Source: Hypanus sabinus
Lineage: Eukaryota
Assembly: GCF_030144855.1 (NCBI RefSeq)
Contig: NC_082731.1
Span: forward strand, 20,460,001 to 20,524,000
DNA length: 64,000 nucleotides
Direction: 5' to 3'
Position numbers and translations under genes: made by a program. Below are positions 23,272 through 36,690 of the stretch, piece after piece; within the stretch, counting starts at the first letter, position 1; each line of letters begins with the position of its first letter. Below the pieces are notes generated by a model. It was not told where the DNA came from. It searched no databases and worked only from the letters and a program-made list of their open reading frames with translations.

Positions 23272-24241
23272 AACGCCTCATACCCTATTCATCTCTAACT
23301 TTCCATTTTTCATTCAGTCCCGTGTCCCTACACCGATCACTCTTTCAGTTTCATAAGCGTTTCTTTCCTCCATCTCGTTCCTGCCTTATACTTTCTCTTT
23401 CCCTCTTTATTTTCAACCTACTCAATTGTTTTCTCATGAATCTCCCCCCCCCTCCGAAATATCCATCCTTCCCTCTTGCCCTGTCTTTTCCTTTCCCTTT
23501 CTCTCGCTCACTCCGTCTTCCATTCTCGCTCATGTTTTCGTGGTCATACAATTGCATTTTTTTAAAATTACGTACTGAGCAGTGGAACGCGGAATTCTGC
23601 AATCAGGCTCCGAACTTCAACTCTAGAGATGCAAGAGCCTAACCTAATCACAGCTCAAATTAAAATAAACCATTAACATACTTATCAGTACATCCGATGC
23701 CCAGAACAGTAAACAGCTTCGCGAGAAACACCACGCGACCGTGGCTGGACCACATTCCTTTCTTACATTCTTCTTCCACTAATGCTCCCCTTCCCAGTTT
23801 CTCTCTCTTCCCCTGCCTCTCGCTCTACTTACTGCTCTATCGATCACCATTTCTCTCTCTCTCACACATAATTTCAGTGCGCTTATGTCTCCTTGATTTA
23901 TTCACTTTCTCACTCTATCATTCCCAATCGCACTCTATCTCCCTCCATTTTCGCACCATATTAGTTCCCCACATTTTTCCCTAGATTTTACTCTCTACTC
24001 TGTCGCAATTCAGACACATTTCTCTCCACGTCTTCCCTCCGGCAAACGGAGGACACGCCACTGAGGCAGAAAATAGGCAAAAATTATTCAGCTCAGTGGT
24101 AGTGAGGCAGCTGTAGTTATCAAGCCGCTTACAAGAATAAGTGCCTGGTTGAAGATAAGTGGTGAGGACGAATGAAAAGGAATCAGGGGAAGAGCAATCC
24201 CCGGGGAAAGCGGACGTAAGAGAGTAGGTAGTGGAGTATCC
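22801..24241 (-). repeat. Inverted copy of the V-upstream region
   Basis: Reverse complement of cassette sequence on both sides of the N gap; forward orientation resumes at aagagatggacac ~24242. Confidence 0.8.
22858..23098. other. Assembly gap
   Basis: Run of N. Confidence 1.
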
Positions 24242-26589
24242 AAGAGATGGACACAATTGATGGAAGCTGATCCACAGCAAAAGCGAAGGTAGAGGGCACC
24301 CAGATTGCGAGAGAAACCCCTTGAATAACATGCTAAAGAGTGACGGTAAATGTACTCTCTTCTGACCGCTGATTACTGAAAGTATATGATTAGTTGAATA
24401 GCAGAAAATAGAACATATATTGCAGAAAATGGATCGACAAGGATTTAATTAAAAGCACATTGATAACTTCGATGCCATGGTAGACTGAGGAAGGCTGCAG
24501 ACGGAATCTGAAGGCAGCTACGCTCAGCCTGAATGGTGAATAGAAGTGGGCTGGCCCCTTTCAGCTGTTGCGTTCAGCGATCGACTGCGTAGATCGAACA
24601 GGAGTGCAACCTGGGAGAGGAAATTTCAGTGATTGAAACGGAGACCACCCAAACCCTTATTGTACATCGATGATAGGGCCTGTGAGCCTGCTGAATTTAT
24701 TTTGCTGCTGCCCTGGAAAGAGTGAATTTTAGCTACCAGAGAATGGTGGGATGAAGGCAAAAAATTGACTGAGCTTCTATCGGTCAGCAAAGGAAGAGAC
24801 AACAGGCATGAGCATGAAGCTGCATTTCTAAAGACTGTTGTTCACATTTCTGGACAAACTCTCTGTTTAGTATTTTAAAGGTAGCAATTATGTATTATAG
24901 GGTTGATGTACATGTGCCTACAGGAATTGTGGGAAATTCCGACGGAGGGCATTATTGCTGCCCAATTTGAGTAGATCTTCCTTAAGGGTGGCATTTCGGG
25001 CTAGATAATTATATTGGTCCGTTCTGCCAAGAGGAGGGAATGTTCGAGAGAATTTTAGATATAGCACCTGCAGCAATTAATGTAACTGACTTCGGGGACT
25101 AAACTTCAGAGTCGAATATTCATTTTAGATTATTTTAAAATGCACCTCTGAACAAATGGTTCCTAAACGCCTTAGACCACGGACCAGACAATGTTTATTA
25201 AAATGCATTTAAGTGTCTGTGGTATGGGTGCGAATCGTGAGGTATGAGGTTAGTGTGTGCTTCCAAAGAAAGCATTGTGGGTGAATTGTAAATATTGAAT
25301 TGACCTTTGTTGTTTAATAGATAATATTTGAGCTAGCTTGGGCATCGGAACCTTTCAACTGAAAGGGCCTTAATACAGTATATTGCCTGCTGTAGCTTGT
25401 GTTTTTTTTTCAAAGTAATTAGTTTGAGTATAATCCACTCCCGTTTTTAGGTGAACCATTTGCTCCACTCTCTCCTAAGGGACCCCAATACCTACCTCTT
25501 CCTCTGATGCTTCCGTGCGGATTTATCTTTCCGCGACTCCTCTTCATTCGACCTTACCACTAATCTTCAACCAGGCACTGATTTTTGTAAGTGGGCAGAA
25601 GACTGAGTAAAATCTAGGGAAAAGTGTGGGAAACTAATATGGTGGGAAAATGGAAGGAGAAAGTGAGCGATTGAAAATGATGCAGTGAGAAAGCGAATAA
25701 ATGAGGGACACGGGAGAACACTGCAAAAGTGAGAGAAAAATGGTGATGGATAGCGAGAGGCAGGGGAAGAGTGAGAAACTGGGTAGGGAGACATAGTGGC
25801 AGAAGAATGTATGAAAGAGAATGAAGTTCAGCCACTGCAGCGTATTGTTTCTCGCGAAGCTCTTTACAGTTCTGCGCATCGGATTTCGGCGTTCCCTTCC
25901 TGCGCATCTGTACAATGTCTGTATGATCTCCGTTCGGAATGTGCGGAAAATTTGCGGGATCTCAAGTCACGGCTCACAGTCAAACGATGTACTGATCAGT
26001 AGGTTAATAAATTACTGCAAATTGGGCTGTGATTAGGTTAGGTGCTTGGGCCGCTAGCGCTGAACGTTGTTGCCCTACGGAAGTATTCCGCGATGTACCG
26101 CTAAGGAAATAAATAAAACAAAATTTGAAAGCGTGGGACAAAGAAAGTATTAGGGAGTTGTAGACGGAGTGAGCCAGAAAAGAGAAATGGAAAGACAGAG
26201 CAAGAGCGAAGGAGGTTATATATCATCGGGGTGGGGGGGGGGGATGAGATAACATTGAGTACGATGACAATAACGAGTGAAAGAGGGAGGAACGAGATAG
26301 ATGAAAGCAACGCTTGATAAAAAAAAGAAGGAACGATCTATGGGAATGAAAAATGGATGGTTAGAGATGAATAGGATGTGAGGCGTTCAGGGAGATTGAG
26401 AGAGGGAGAAATATGACAGATGAGAGATTATAAATAATACTCATTATTCAGCAGACCAATTCCTAAAGTGAATTTACATGTAGTGAGAAATATGGAGAAA
26501 GACCAAGCATTAAGAGGAAATGCGAGGAATAAATGCTGGAGAGTCAGCGAGCGATATTGAGAACATGTTGGAAAGAAGAAGAGAGAGGT

Positions 26590-26595
26590 AGATAT

Positions 26596-26642
<47 letters not shown>
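26590..26642. repeat. (GATA)n microsatellite
   Basis: Direct reading. Confidence 0.95.
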
Positions 26643-26643
<1 letters not shown>

Positions 26644-27128
26644 CGGGCGTGGGGTGTGTGCGCGCGAGAATGGTGCAGAGGAACAGGAAGAACGAATGAG
26701 GGGTAAGAATATGAAGCTTAGAATAATCGAGAGCTGTTGATAAGCCTTGGTAGTTCTAAGGTAAGGACATATTCAGCACAGCTTTGTGGTCCGAAGCCCC
26801 TGTATTGTGCAGTAGGTTTTCTATTTTTCTCTGTCTCTAGTGAGTGGGATTGCAAATAGTTGAAAACAGGAGAAACATTGAGAGAAAGTAACAGGAGATA
26901 TAAAGAGGTATAAAAGCAAGCAGAAGCAGCCAAAAGACCTGTAACAAAGATGTGATTGGTGTCCGGACCGGATTAATTCGGTGCTCACAGCCAATCAATG
27001 CACCGGCAGGGCTGCGCCCCCACATGCACGCAAGCTGAAAAATGCCGCAGGACGATTTTACACTTCATTATCGGTCAAGGATATTAACTTATTGGACAGC
27101 AAGTAAGTTGTCTTTCGATCCGGACACG

Positions 27129-27561
27129 ATGAATTTCCTGTGTTCTGTGCTGATTATATTGGCTATGATGCCCGGTGAGTCTTCGCGGTAACGGTCTGTA
27201 TCTGTTCCTTATGTCCGTAGAAAGCTCGATCTGTTCATGTATTCTGTCACTTTATTCCAGGAGCAATTGGGAAAGATTCCATGACGCAGTGGCCGACTGA
27301 TATAACGATTGTGGAAGAACAAAATGTAACATTGAACTGTAATTACACTGGCGATGTTGACTTTATTTCTTGGTACGTTCAGCATCGAGTGGAACCTCCA
27401 AAATACTTGCTGCAGTTGTATAGGACCGGAAATATCTATCGACATGCAGAATGTCCAGAGAGGTTTACCGGTGGTTCGCAGAGTGGCAGCGAGGCGGCAC
27501 ATTTGGAGATCTCGGGTGCTTTCGTGTCGGACTCCGCCGTGTATCTTTGTGCCATAAGTCC
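27129..27561 (+). CDS. TRAV: TCR V segment V3 (leader 27129-27174, exon 27261-27561), apparently functional
   Basis: Open frame SMTQWP..LNC..WYVQH..YLCAISP; intact splice sites. Confidence 0.92.
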
Positions 27562-27600
27562 CACAGCGTTGTCAGGTGATGACAGCTCCGGACAAAATCC
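27562..27600 (+). promoter_or_regulatory. RSS V3 (CACAGCG-23-ACAAAATCC)
   Basis: One heptamer mismatch outside CAC. Confidence 0.92.
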
Positions 27601-27623
27601 AACGTCCGTGATGCAGTGAGCGC

Positions 27624-27637
27624 TCGCTAGAGGGCGC
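27624..27637 (+). promoter_or_regulatory. CTCF-like motif (TCGCTAGAGGGCGC)
   Basis: 23 bp after the nonamer; best match to consensus. Confidence 0.6.
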
Positions 27638-27814
27638 CCTTATGCCGGGAAAGTGGAAGGAGCGCAGATGCAAGTCCCCACTGTCACGTGATTGAGTTAA
27701 AATTGCGAAAACTATTCGCAAAAGGAAAGCAGATTTGAGGAAATCTCCGTCAATGGCTTGTGTACCATTTTGCACAAATTGAACCGTTACAAAACATTTC
27801 CCAAACACATGTGA

Positions 27815-30110
27815 TATGTCAGCTGAGACAGGAGCAACGGTGTCCATAACTGATCCGCATTTGCCAACAGCCGGACAGGATACTTATATTATGGGTGCAG
27901 GAGAAATAACGGTGAAATAGGCGAGGCTCAACTTGCAGTATATTTCCGGATCTGCCTAAATAATGAGGGCACTATTATGGGACTAGACTTTAAAAGAGGC
28001 ATTGTCGATCCAGGAATGGGTGAAATAATATGCACTAGCCAAGAGCACCGATCACGTACAACCAAATTCGTACAAAACGTAGTCAGCGTAATCATGCTGA
28101 CACCTCTGGTGGGAAAGCAGGGAATCGTTTTGTAGATGGGTATCGTGGGTACATAAACTAGAACGCAAGGTCTGGGTGCACTGTGGTGAAGGACGCAGGT
28201 GAAGAGTGAGCTTCAGCAGCACTGAGAGGGGATTGCAAAACTCAGGTGGCGGACCTGCTGGCCCTGACAGAAAAATGCCCTACAGTAAAGGCAAACAAGG
28301 AAATATATATTCGGACCGATGGTATACGTTTGGGACGGTTATCAGATGGTCTCGGACGATGAAGATTTGTAACCACAACAGGTGCAGGCATTCAGCACGG
28401 ACGCCCATACAGCAACTGCTGGATGCACTGTCTGCCAGCTCAAGCGACAATAATTAAACTGGAATCTCAGCGGTAAGAGAAGAGTAAGGAGCCGAAAGTA
28501 ATAACAAGACAATGCAAGTGTGCAGGAAGAAACGTCGGAAGCCAGTTGAATAAAAACAGACTGCACGGAGGGGAGCCTTGGATAACATTCAAAAAGTGGG
28601 GAGACAAGCTTATGTCTCGTCCTGATGATCAAAAGAAAATCTGCAGATGCTGGAAATCCAAGAAATACACACAAACTAATGGACAAATTCACCTGGCCAG
28701 GCAGCTTCTCCGTAGTGATGAACTGTAGTTAAGCTACCTGGTCTGCTGCTTTTCTCCAGCATTTTGTGTGTATTGTCTTGTAATTATGGATCGCTTCAGT
28801 CGGCGGGAAGAAGCTTTCCCAACAAGAGCAGCGCTGCACGGATTGGGGTCAGGTGATCCTACCAAGGTGAGGAACTCTTCCGGATGGACTATAACCAGGA
28901 AGCACATTCCACAGGGAGAGTGATAAAAGAAATATGCCGACTGCGAGGGATTCGACATCAGATCCACATCCCCGCCCAACAAGGAAGATTAGTGCGCCAT
29001 CAGGGTCCCGGACCTGGACGCCTGGTGGTTCGAGGCCGGTGCTGCCGCCTGATGTGTTGTGTGAGTACACGGAAGACCTAAAGGAGCAGGAACTTGGGAC
29101 CCTAGTTCTTTGGGTACAAAGCTCGGAAAAAGCGACGCCACAAACTTTGAACACCGTAAATCTGCGTGTTGTTTGTCATGTCTCTCCTCCCGTTGTGAAA
29201 CGGGAACATCTGTTTTCCGCTTATGCGGGAGAAAGAAAGCCTGTGACATGTCCGATACTGTGTGAACGATTTGACTTTCATGTACTGCATCTATCTGTCT
29301 TTCTTAAAGCTTTGCTGCAGTCTTCTGTGCTCATGTCGGGACTGATGCTTTTTTACTGGTGGGGGAGGGGGGTTCGTTGCTTGGCTGCTGCTTATGCGTG
29401 GAGGGGGGGGGGAGTTGGAGGGCGGCTTTGCGTTTCCAATACCTGTCATTCATTCTTTGGGGAACTACTCTGTTTTCCTCGATGTTTTCGAAGAAGTATT
29501 ATTTCAGGATGGTAAAACCATACATTTCTCTGAAAATAAATGCGGATATTTAACATCAAATCTATTGAACCCTCAGAGTTCAGGAATGGTAGAAAACATA
29601 ACCCAAATAATACCTTTACCAAAACTTCAGCTGATGGGGAAAGAAATGGGTTAATGTATTACCTTTCATCCTGATGAGATTGCGAGCAATCCAAACCGCC
29701 CGATGCTTTCAGCCGCTATGAGCTATTGGTAGGGTGAAAATCAAACTCCCTTAAGGGATAATTACGGGTTGCGGTGATGCTGGGGTGCACAGGGATAGAT
29801 TGACACAGTATGTGAAAGACCTTTGTATGCGACTTAAAGTATTGAAGGATCGAGCCAAACAATAGCATCACATTAATGATCAAAGAGATCCATTGGGAAA
29901 GGAGATAGTCCTCCCAAAACCGAGTGATTGTGTCATGGTGAGAGTGTTTCTTGAAAGTGTATGCTCCCAGCTGGATCGGACCATTTTGAAAAACTGACAC
30001 GTGTTTATGTGGAGACTTCACGAGGGAAGCAGTGGAAACAATGGATTCAGGTTATACTGTGAGACTTTCTTGTTACCACCACTTGCAAAGCAGGGGAAGG
30101 AGCGCATCTA
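27815..30110 (+). mobile_element. ERV pro-pol relic (unit V3)
   Basis: AETGATVSIT protease remnant; YCLVIMDRFSRREEAFPT at 28771; MDYNQEAHSTGRVIKEICRLRGI (28884); PQSSGMVE at 29571. Confidence 0.8.
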
Positions 30111-30786
30111 TTAACCGTGTAATTATAGAGAATCCATGAGATGGACACCTGCCAGCCAGAACTGATCACATTGGATGGAAACTGATCCACAACAAACTCG
30201 AAGGCACAGATATTGTGACAGAAACCCATGAATGACTTGCTTTAGAGTGACCATAAATGTACTCTGTTCTGACCACTGATTACTGAAGGTATATGATTAC
30301 TTGAAGCACAGAAAATAGAAAATATTTTGTAGAGAATGGATCGGCAGGGATTTAGTTTAAATCAGACATATCCATAACATCGATGGTATAGTAGAATGAG
30401 GAGGATTGGGGACGGAATCTGAAGACTGTTGCGCTCAAACTGAATTGGGAATTGAAGTGGGATGGCCCCTTACGTCTGTTTCGGCCAGCGATCGACAGGA
30501 GTGCAACCAGTGAGAGGACTTTTCGGTAACTGAAATGGAGACCAACCCAACCCCTCATTACACATCGCTGAGAGGGCCTGTGGTGCTGATGAATGAAGCT
30601 AGCAATTAGGTATGATAGGGTAGATGCACATTCGTCTACAGGAATTATGGTAAATTCCATCTGAGGGAACTTTTGCTGCTAAAGTTGAGTAGATCTTCCT
30701 TAAGATTGGCCTTTCGTGCTAGATAAACATTCTTGCCCGGGGTGCCAAAAGGAGGGAATGTTCGTGAGAATTTTGGATCCACCACA

Positions 30787-30969
30787 AATACAAAGTACAC
30801 TGCAGATGCTGTGGTCAAATCAACAGGTACAAAAGCTGAATGAACTCAGCACGTCGGGCAGCATCTGTTGAATTCAGCAGTCAACGTTCCGGGCCGAGAC
30901 GTTGACTGCTCATTTCAATGGATGCTGCCGGACCTGATGAGTTTATCCTGCTTTTGTACGTATTGATTA
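30787..30969. repeat. Unit-specific palindromic insertion (hairpin 30827-30959)
   Basis: Arms gtacaaaagc..gcagcatc..agcagtcaacgt / acgttgactgct..gatgctgc..gcttttgtac; flanked by gatccaccaca / gatccatcaca. Confidence 0.75.
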
Positions 30970-33153
30970 GATCCATCACATGTGGCAATTAATGTAACTG
31001 ACTTTGGCCACTAGACTTCAGAGTCGAATATTCATTTTAGATTATTTTAAAATGCAGATATGAACAATAGGTTCTAAACGCCTTAGATCACGGACCAGAA
31101 AATGCTGTGCTTTGGGTGCGAATGGTCAGGGGTGAGGTTTGTATGTGCTTCCAAAGAAAGCATTGTGGGTGTATTGTAAATGTGGAGTTATCCTTTGACG
31201 GTTAGTGCCTAATATATGAGGTTACGTGGGCAGAGTGACCTTTCAACTGAAACGACCTTAATCCAGTATATTGCCTGTTGTATCTTGTTTTCTTTTTCAA
31301 AAAACACACCCTGAGTATAATCGGCTCTAATCTTTAGGTACGTCTTTCGCTCCACCCTCTCCTAAGAGACCCTACCTACCCTCTCCCCTCCGCATTCCGC
31401 GGGATTACTCTTGCTGCGATTCCTTTTGATTCGTCCTCACCCCGAATCTTCAACCAGTCACTTATTCCTGTAAGCGGCTTGATAGCTACACCTGCCTCAC
31501 TGCCATTGAGAGCCGAATACTTTTTACTTATTTTCTGACTCAGTGTGGTCTCCTTATTTTGTCGGACGGAAGACATACGGAGAGAAATATGTCTGAATAG
31601 CTGTTTGCGAGTGGGCAGAGGACAGAGTAAAATCCAGGGATACGTGTGGGCAACGAATATGGTGGGAAAATGGAAGGAGGAAGAGAGCGATTGGGAATGA
31701 TGCAGTAAGAAATTGAATAAATGCGGGAGACATAGGAGCAAGGAAAATGTGAGGTAGAGAGAGAGAGAATTGGTGATGGATAGAGCAGTAAGTAGAACGA
31801 GAGGCAGGAGAAGAGAGAGATACTGGGTAGGGGAGACATAGTGGAAGAAGAATATATGAAAGAGTATGAGGTTCAGCCACTGCAGCGTATTGTTTATTTC
31901 GAAGCTGTTTACAGTTCTGGGCGTTGGATTTCGGAGTTTCCTTCCTGCGCATCTGTAGAATGTCTGTATGATCTCCGTTCGGAATGTGCGGAAATTCTGC
32001 GGGATCTCCAGTCACGGCTCACAGTCAAACGATGTACTGATCAGTAGGTTATTAAATGACTACAAATTGGGCTGTAGTTAGGTTAGATGCTTGGATCGCT
32101 AGAGCTGAACTTAGTTGCCCTATGTGAATATTCCGTGATCCACCGCTAAGTAAATAAATTAAACAAAAGTTGAAAGTGTGGAACAAAGAAGGCATGAGAG
32201 AGCTGAAGACGGTGTGAGCGAGAGAAAGGGAAAAGGAAAGACGGAGCAAGAGCGAAGGAAGTTATATATCGGGGGGGTGGGTGATGACAAATCATTGATT
32301 AGCATGAAAATATAGAGGGAAAGAGGCGGGAACGAGATAGAGGAAAATAGCACTTGAGAAACTGAAGGAACGATCGATGGAGAAAGTAGTGACACGGGAG
32401 GGAATACAAAATGGAAGGTTAGAAATGAATAAAATGTGAGGCGTTCAGTTGAGAGTGAGAGAGAGATTGGAGAGATGAGAGATGATAAATAAGACTCATT
32501 ATTCACCGGACCAATCCCTAACGTGAATTTACATGCAGTGAGAAATATGCAGAAAGACCAAGCATTGATAAGACAGACCGGGAATATATGCTGGAGAGTC
32601 AGCGTGCGAAATTGAGAACATGTTAGAAAGAATGAGAGATCGATAGATAGAGAACGGGAGAGTGGGTATGTGCGCGAGAGAGAGATGCAGGGGTACAGAA
32701 AGAACAACTGAGGTGTAAAAGTATGGTAAGAGTTTGGAGCTTAGAAAAAATAGAGGGTTATCGATAAGCCGAGGTAGGTCCAAGGTAAGGACAAGTTCAC
32801 CACAACATTGTGGGCCGAAGCCCCTTTATTGTGCTGCAGGATTTCTATGTGTCTATGTTTCTGGTGAGTGAGGTTGCAAATAATTGAAAGCAGGAGAAAC
32901 ATTGCGAGGAAGTAATAGGAGACAGAAAAAAGCTATAAAAGCAAGCAGAATCAGCTAAAATAACTGAAACGAAGTTGTGATTGGTATCGGGACCGGATTA
33001 ATTCGGAGCTCACAGCCAATCAACGCACCGGCAGGACTGCGCCCCCACATGTACCCAAGCTGAAAAATACCGCAGGTCTGATTTGCTGTTCATTGTCGGT
33101 AAAGGTTATCAACTTATTGGACAGCAAGTAAACTGTCTTTCGATCCGGACACG

Positions 33154-33586
33154 ATGAATTTCCGGTGTTCTGTGCTGATTATATTGGCTATGATGCCCGG
33201 TGAGTCTTCGCGGTAATGTTCTGTATCTGTTCCTTATGTCCGGAGAAAGCTCGATCTGTTCATTTATTCTGTCATTTTATTGCAGGAGCAATTGGGAAAG
33301 ATTCCGTGACGCAGTGGCCGACTGATTTAACGATTGTGGAAGCACAAAATGTAACACTGAACTGTAATTACACTGGCGATGCTCAATATATTATTTGGTA
33401 CGTTCAGCATCGAATGGAATCTCCAAAATATTTGTTGACGGTGTATAGCACCGGAATGATGGACCGGCATGCAGAATGTCCGTCGAGGTTTACCAGTGGT
33501 TGGCAGAGAGGCAGAAAGGTGGCACATTTGAAGATATCTGGGGCTTTTGTGTCGGACTCCGCTGTGTATCTTTGTGCCATGAAGCC
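33154..33586 (+). CDS. TRAV: TCR V segment V4 (leader 33154-33199, exon 33286-33586); ORF intact, RSS degenerate
   Basis: ORF 33216..33635 contains a complete V domain ending YLCAMKP. Confidence 0.88.
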
Positions 33587-33624
33587 CACAATGTGTAAGT
33601 TTGTGAGAGCACCAGTCAAAATCC
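33587..33624 (+). promoter_or_regulatory. Degenerate RSS V4 (CACAATG-22-TCAAAATCC)
   Basis: Heptamer G5>A, 22-bp spacer, nonamer A1>T. Confidence 0.8.
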
Positions 33625-33647
33625 AACGTCCGTGATGCAGTGAGCGC

Positions 33648-33661
33648 TCACTAGAGGGGGC
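33648..33661 (+). promoter_or_regulatory. CTCF-like motif (TCACTAGAGGGGGC)
   Basis: 23 bp after the nonamer. Confidence 0.5.
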
Positions 33662-33842
33662 CCTTTGCCAGGGACAGTGGCAAGAACACAGAAAAAAAAT
33701 CTCCCCACTGTCACGTGATCGACTTAAGTATGCGTAAATTTTTCGCAAATGATATGTGGATCTGAGAAACTCTCCGTCGATCCAATGTTTACCAATTTGC
33801 ACAATTTGAAACTTTATAAATAATTTCCCAAACAAATGCGAT

Positions 33843-36690
33843 ATGTTAGTTGACACAGGGGCAATTGTATCGATAACTGAGCTGCATTTGCCAACAGCCA
33901 GCAGGATATTTATATTACGGGTACAGGAGAAATTACGGTTAACGTAGAAAGAAGAGAATTGAAGATACTCCAAATAGGCGAGGCTCAACTTTCAGTGTAT
34001 TTCTGGATCTGTCCAAATAATGACGGCAGTATTCCCGGACAAGAATTGAAAGGGAAGCAAGTAGCATTGCAGATGCGAGAAAGGGTGAAATAATATGCAC
34101 AATGCAAGAGTAGCGAGCACGTAGAACCAAATTTTTACTCAAAGTAACCATATTCTCATATAACAATTACAGCATGGAAAAAGGCATCTTGGCCCTTCTC
34201 CTCCGTGCCTAAAGCTTATTCTCACCTAGTCCCACCTACCCGCACTCAGTCCATAACCATCCATTTCTTTTTGTCTATATACCTATGCATTTTTTTTAAA
34301 TGACAAAATCGAAATTGCCTCTACGACTTCTACTAGAAGCTCGTTCCACACACCTACCACTCTCTGAGTAAACAAGTTCCCCCTTGTGCTACCCCTGTAC
34401 TTAAGCCAGTTAACTCTCAACTCATGTCCACTTGTTTCAATCTCCCCTACTCTCGATAGAAAAAAACCTGACCACATCAACTCTATCTATCCCCCTCATA
34501 ATTTTAAATACCTCTATCAAGTCCCCCCTCAACCTTCTAGGCTCCAAAGTATAAAGACTAAACTTCAACCTTTCTCCGTAACTCGGGTACTGAAACCCAG
34601 GTAACATTCGAGTAAATGTCCTCTGTCGTCTCTCTAATTTGTTGACACCTTTCCTATAATTCGGTGACCAGAACTGTACAAAATATTACAAATTTGGCCT
34701 CACCAATGCCTTGTAAAACTTTAACATTACATCCCAACTCCTATACTCAATGTTGTGATTTATAAAGGCCAGCATACCAAAAGCTTTCTTCACCACCCTA
34801 TCCACATGATATTCCACCTTCAGGGAACTCTGCACCATTATTTCCAGTTCTCACTGTTCTACTGCATTGCTCAATGCCCTACCATTTACCATGTATGTCC
34901 TATTTTGATTAGTCCTACCAAAATGTAGCACCTCACACTTATCAGCATTAAACTCCATCTGCCATCTTTCAGCCCACTCTTCTAACTGGCCTAAATCTCT
35001 CTGCAAGCTTTGAAAACCTACTTCATTATCCACAACGCCACCTATCTTAGTATCTATCTACATACTTACTAATCCAATTTATCAACCCATCATCCAGGTC
35101 ATTAAGGTTTATGACAAACAACATTGTACCAAATACAGATCCCTGAGGCTTATTACTGGTCACCGGCCTCCAACCTGACAAAAAGTTATCCACCACTACT
35201 CTCTGGCATCTCCCATCCAGCCACTGTTGAATCCATTTTACTACTTCAATATTAATACCTAACGATTGAACCTTCCTAACTACCTTTCCGTGTGGAACTT
35301 TGTCAAAGGCCCTACTGAAGTGCATATAGTCGACATCCACTGCTTTACCCTCGTTAACGTTCCTAGTAACCGCTTCAAAAATGCATAAGAATTGTCAAAT
35401 ATGACCTTCCACGCACAAATCTACGATGACTGCTCACAATCAAAGCCTATCTATCCAGATAATTATGCATACCATCTCTAAGAATACTTTCCATTAATTT
35501 ACTCACTACTGACGTCAACGTACAGACCGATAATTGCTAGGTTTACTCTTAGAACCCTTTTTAAACAATGGAACCACATGAGCAATCCACCAATCCTCCG
35601 GCACTATCTCCGGTTCTAATGACATTTGAAGTATTTCTGTCAGAGCCCTTGCTATTTCCACACGAACTGCCCTCAAGGTCCTAGTGAATATCCTGTCAAG
35701 ACCCGGAGACATATCCACTTTTATATTCTTTAAAAGCTCTAGTACATCCTCTTCATTAATCATCATAGTTTCCATAACTACCCTATTTGTTTCCCTTAAC
35801 TTACACAATTCAATATCCTTCTCATTAGTGAACACTGAAGAAAAGAAATTGCTGTCCACTCTGATTCTGTCAGGGACCAATTTTATCCCTCACTATCCTT
35901 TTGCTATTAAAATAACTGTAGAAACTCTTTGGATTTATTTTCACCTTACTTACCAAAACAATCACATATCTTCTTTCAGCTTTTGTAAGTTCTTTCTTAA
36001 GATTCTGTTGACATTCTTTATATTCCATGAGCACCTCATTTACAACGTAGCCAGCGTAATTGCGCAGACAGCTGTTCACAAGTCAGCAACGGCACCTTGG
36101 CGCACTGTGATTATTTCCGCGAGCACCCTCCTCAGAGACAGGGAGGCACACGAATGCCAAATCGGAATAGAGGAGGAAAAAATTATGGGTCCAAACGAAA
36201 CACATCTGGACTGAAAACAGGGAATAGGTTTGCAGATGTGTCTCGGTGGATCTAAACTAGAACACATGGATTGGGTGCAATGTGATGAAGGAAGCAGGTG
36301 AATAATGAGCTTCAGCAGCATTGACAAGCGATTGGTAAGCTCAGGTGGCAGAACTGTTGGCTCCGACAGAAACAATGGGCTGCAATGAAGGCCGACAAGC
36401 AGACAGCTCGTCTACCTTCGGGACGGTTATCGGATGGCCTGGGGATGATGAGGATTTGTAAACACAACAGGTGCAGGTATAGATCACGGGTACCCAGTAT
36501 AACAACTGCTGGAAGCACTATCTGCCAGATGAAACGATAGTAATTAACGTGGAATCTCAGCGGTAAGGGAAGAGTAAGAAGAAGAAAAAACAAGAAATTA
36601 CATTTGTGTAGCAAGAAACATCAGTGCCAGTTGATTAGAAACAGACAGCTCGGAGGGGACACTTGGATAATATTCAAAAAGCAGGGGGAA
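33843..36690 (+). mobile_element. ERV relic (unit V4): protease 33843-34145, connection/RNase H 36043-36690, split by CR1
   Basis: MLVDTGAIVSITELHLPT at 33843 (aspartic protease active site); ISASTLLRDREAHEC ~36107. Confidence 0.8.
34146..36042 (-). mobile_element. 5'-truncated CR1
   Basis: RT ORFs 34851..35033, 35047..35340, 35515..35880; tail ccatattctcatataacaattacagcatggaaa. Confidence 0.9.

Noticed and set aside
27612-27637. TGCAG upstream of the CTCF-like core as the ZF9-11 upstream motif
   Set aside because: It lies only 7 bp before the core, about 5 bp closer than the canonical spacing as recalled, and is absent in V1 and V8.
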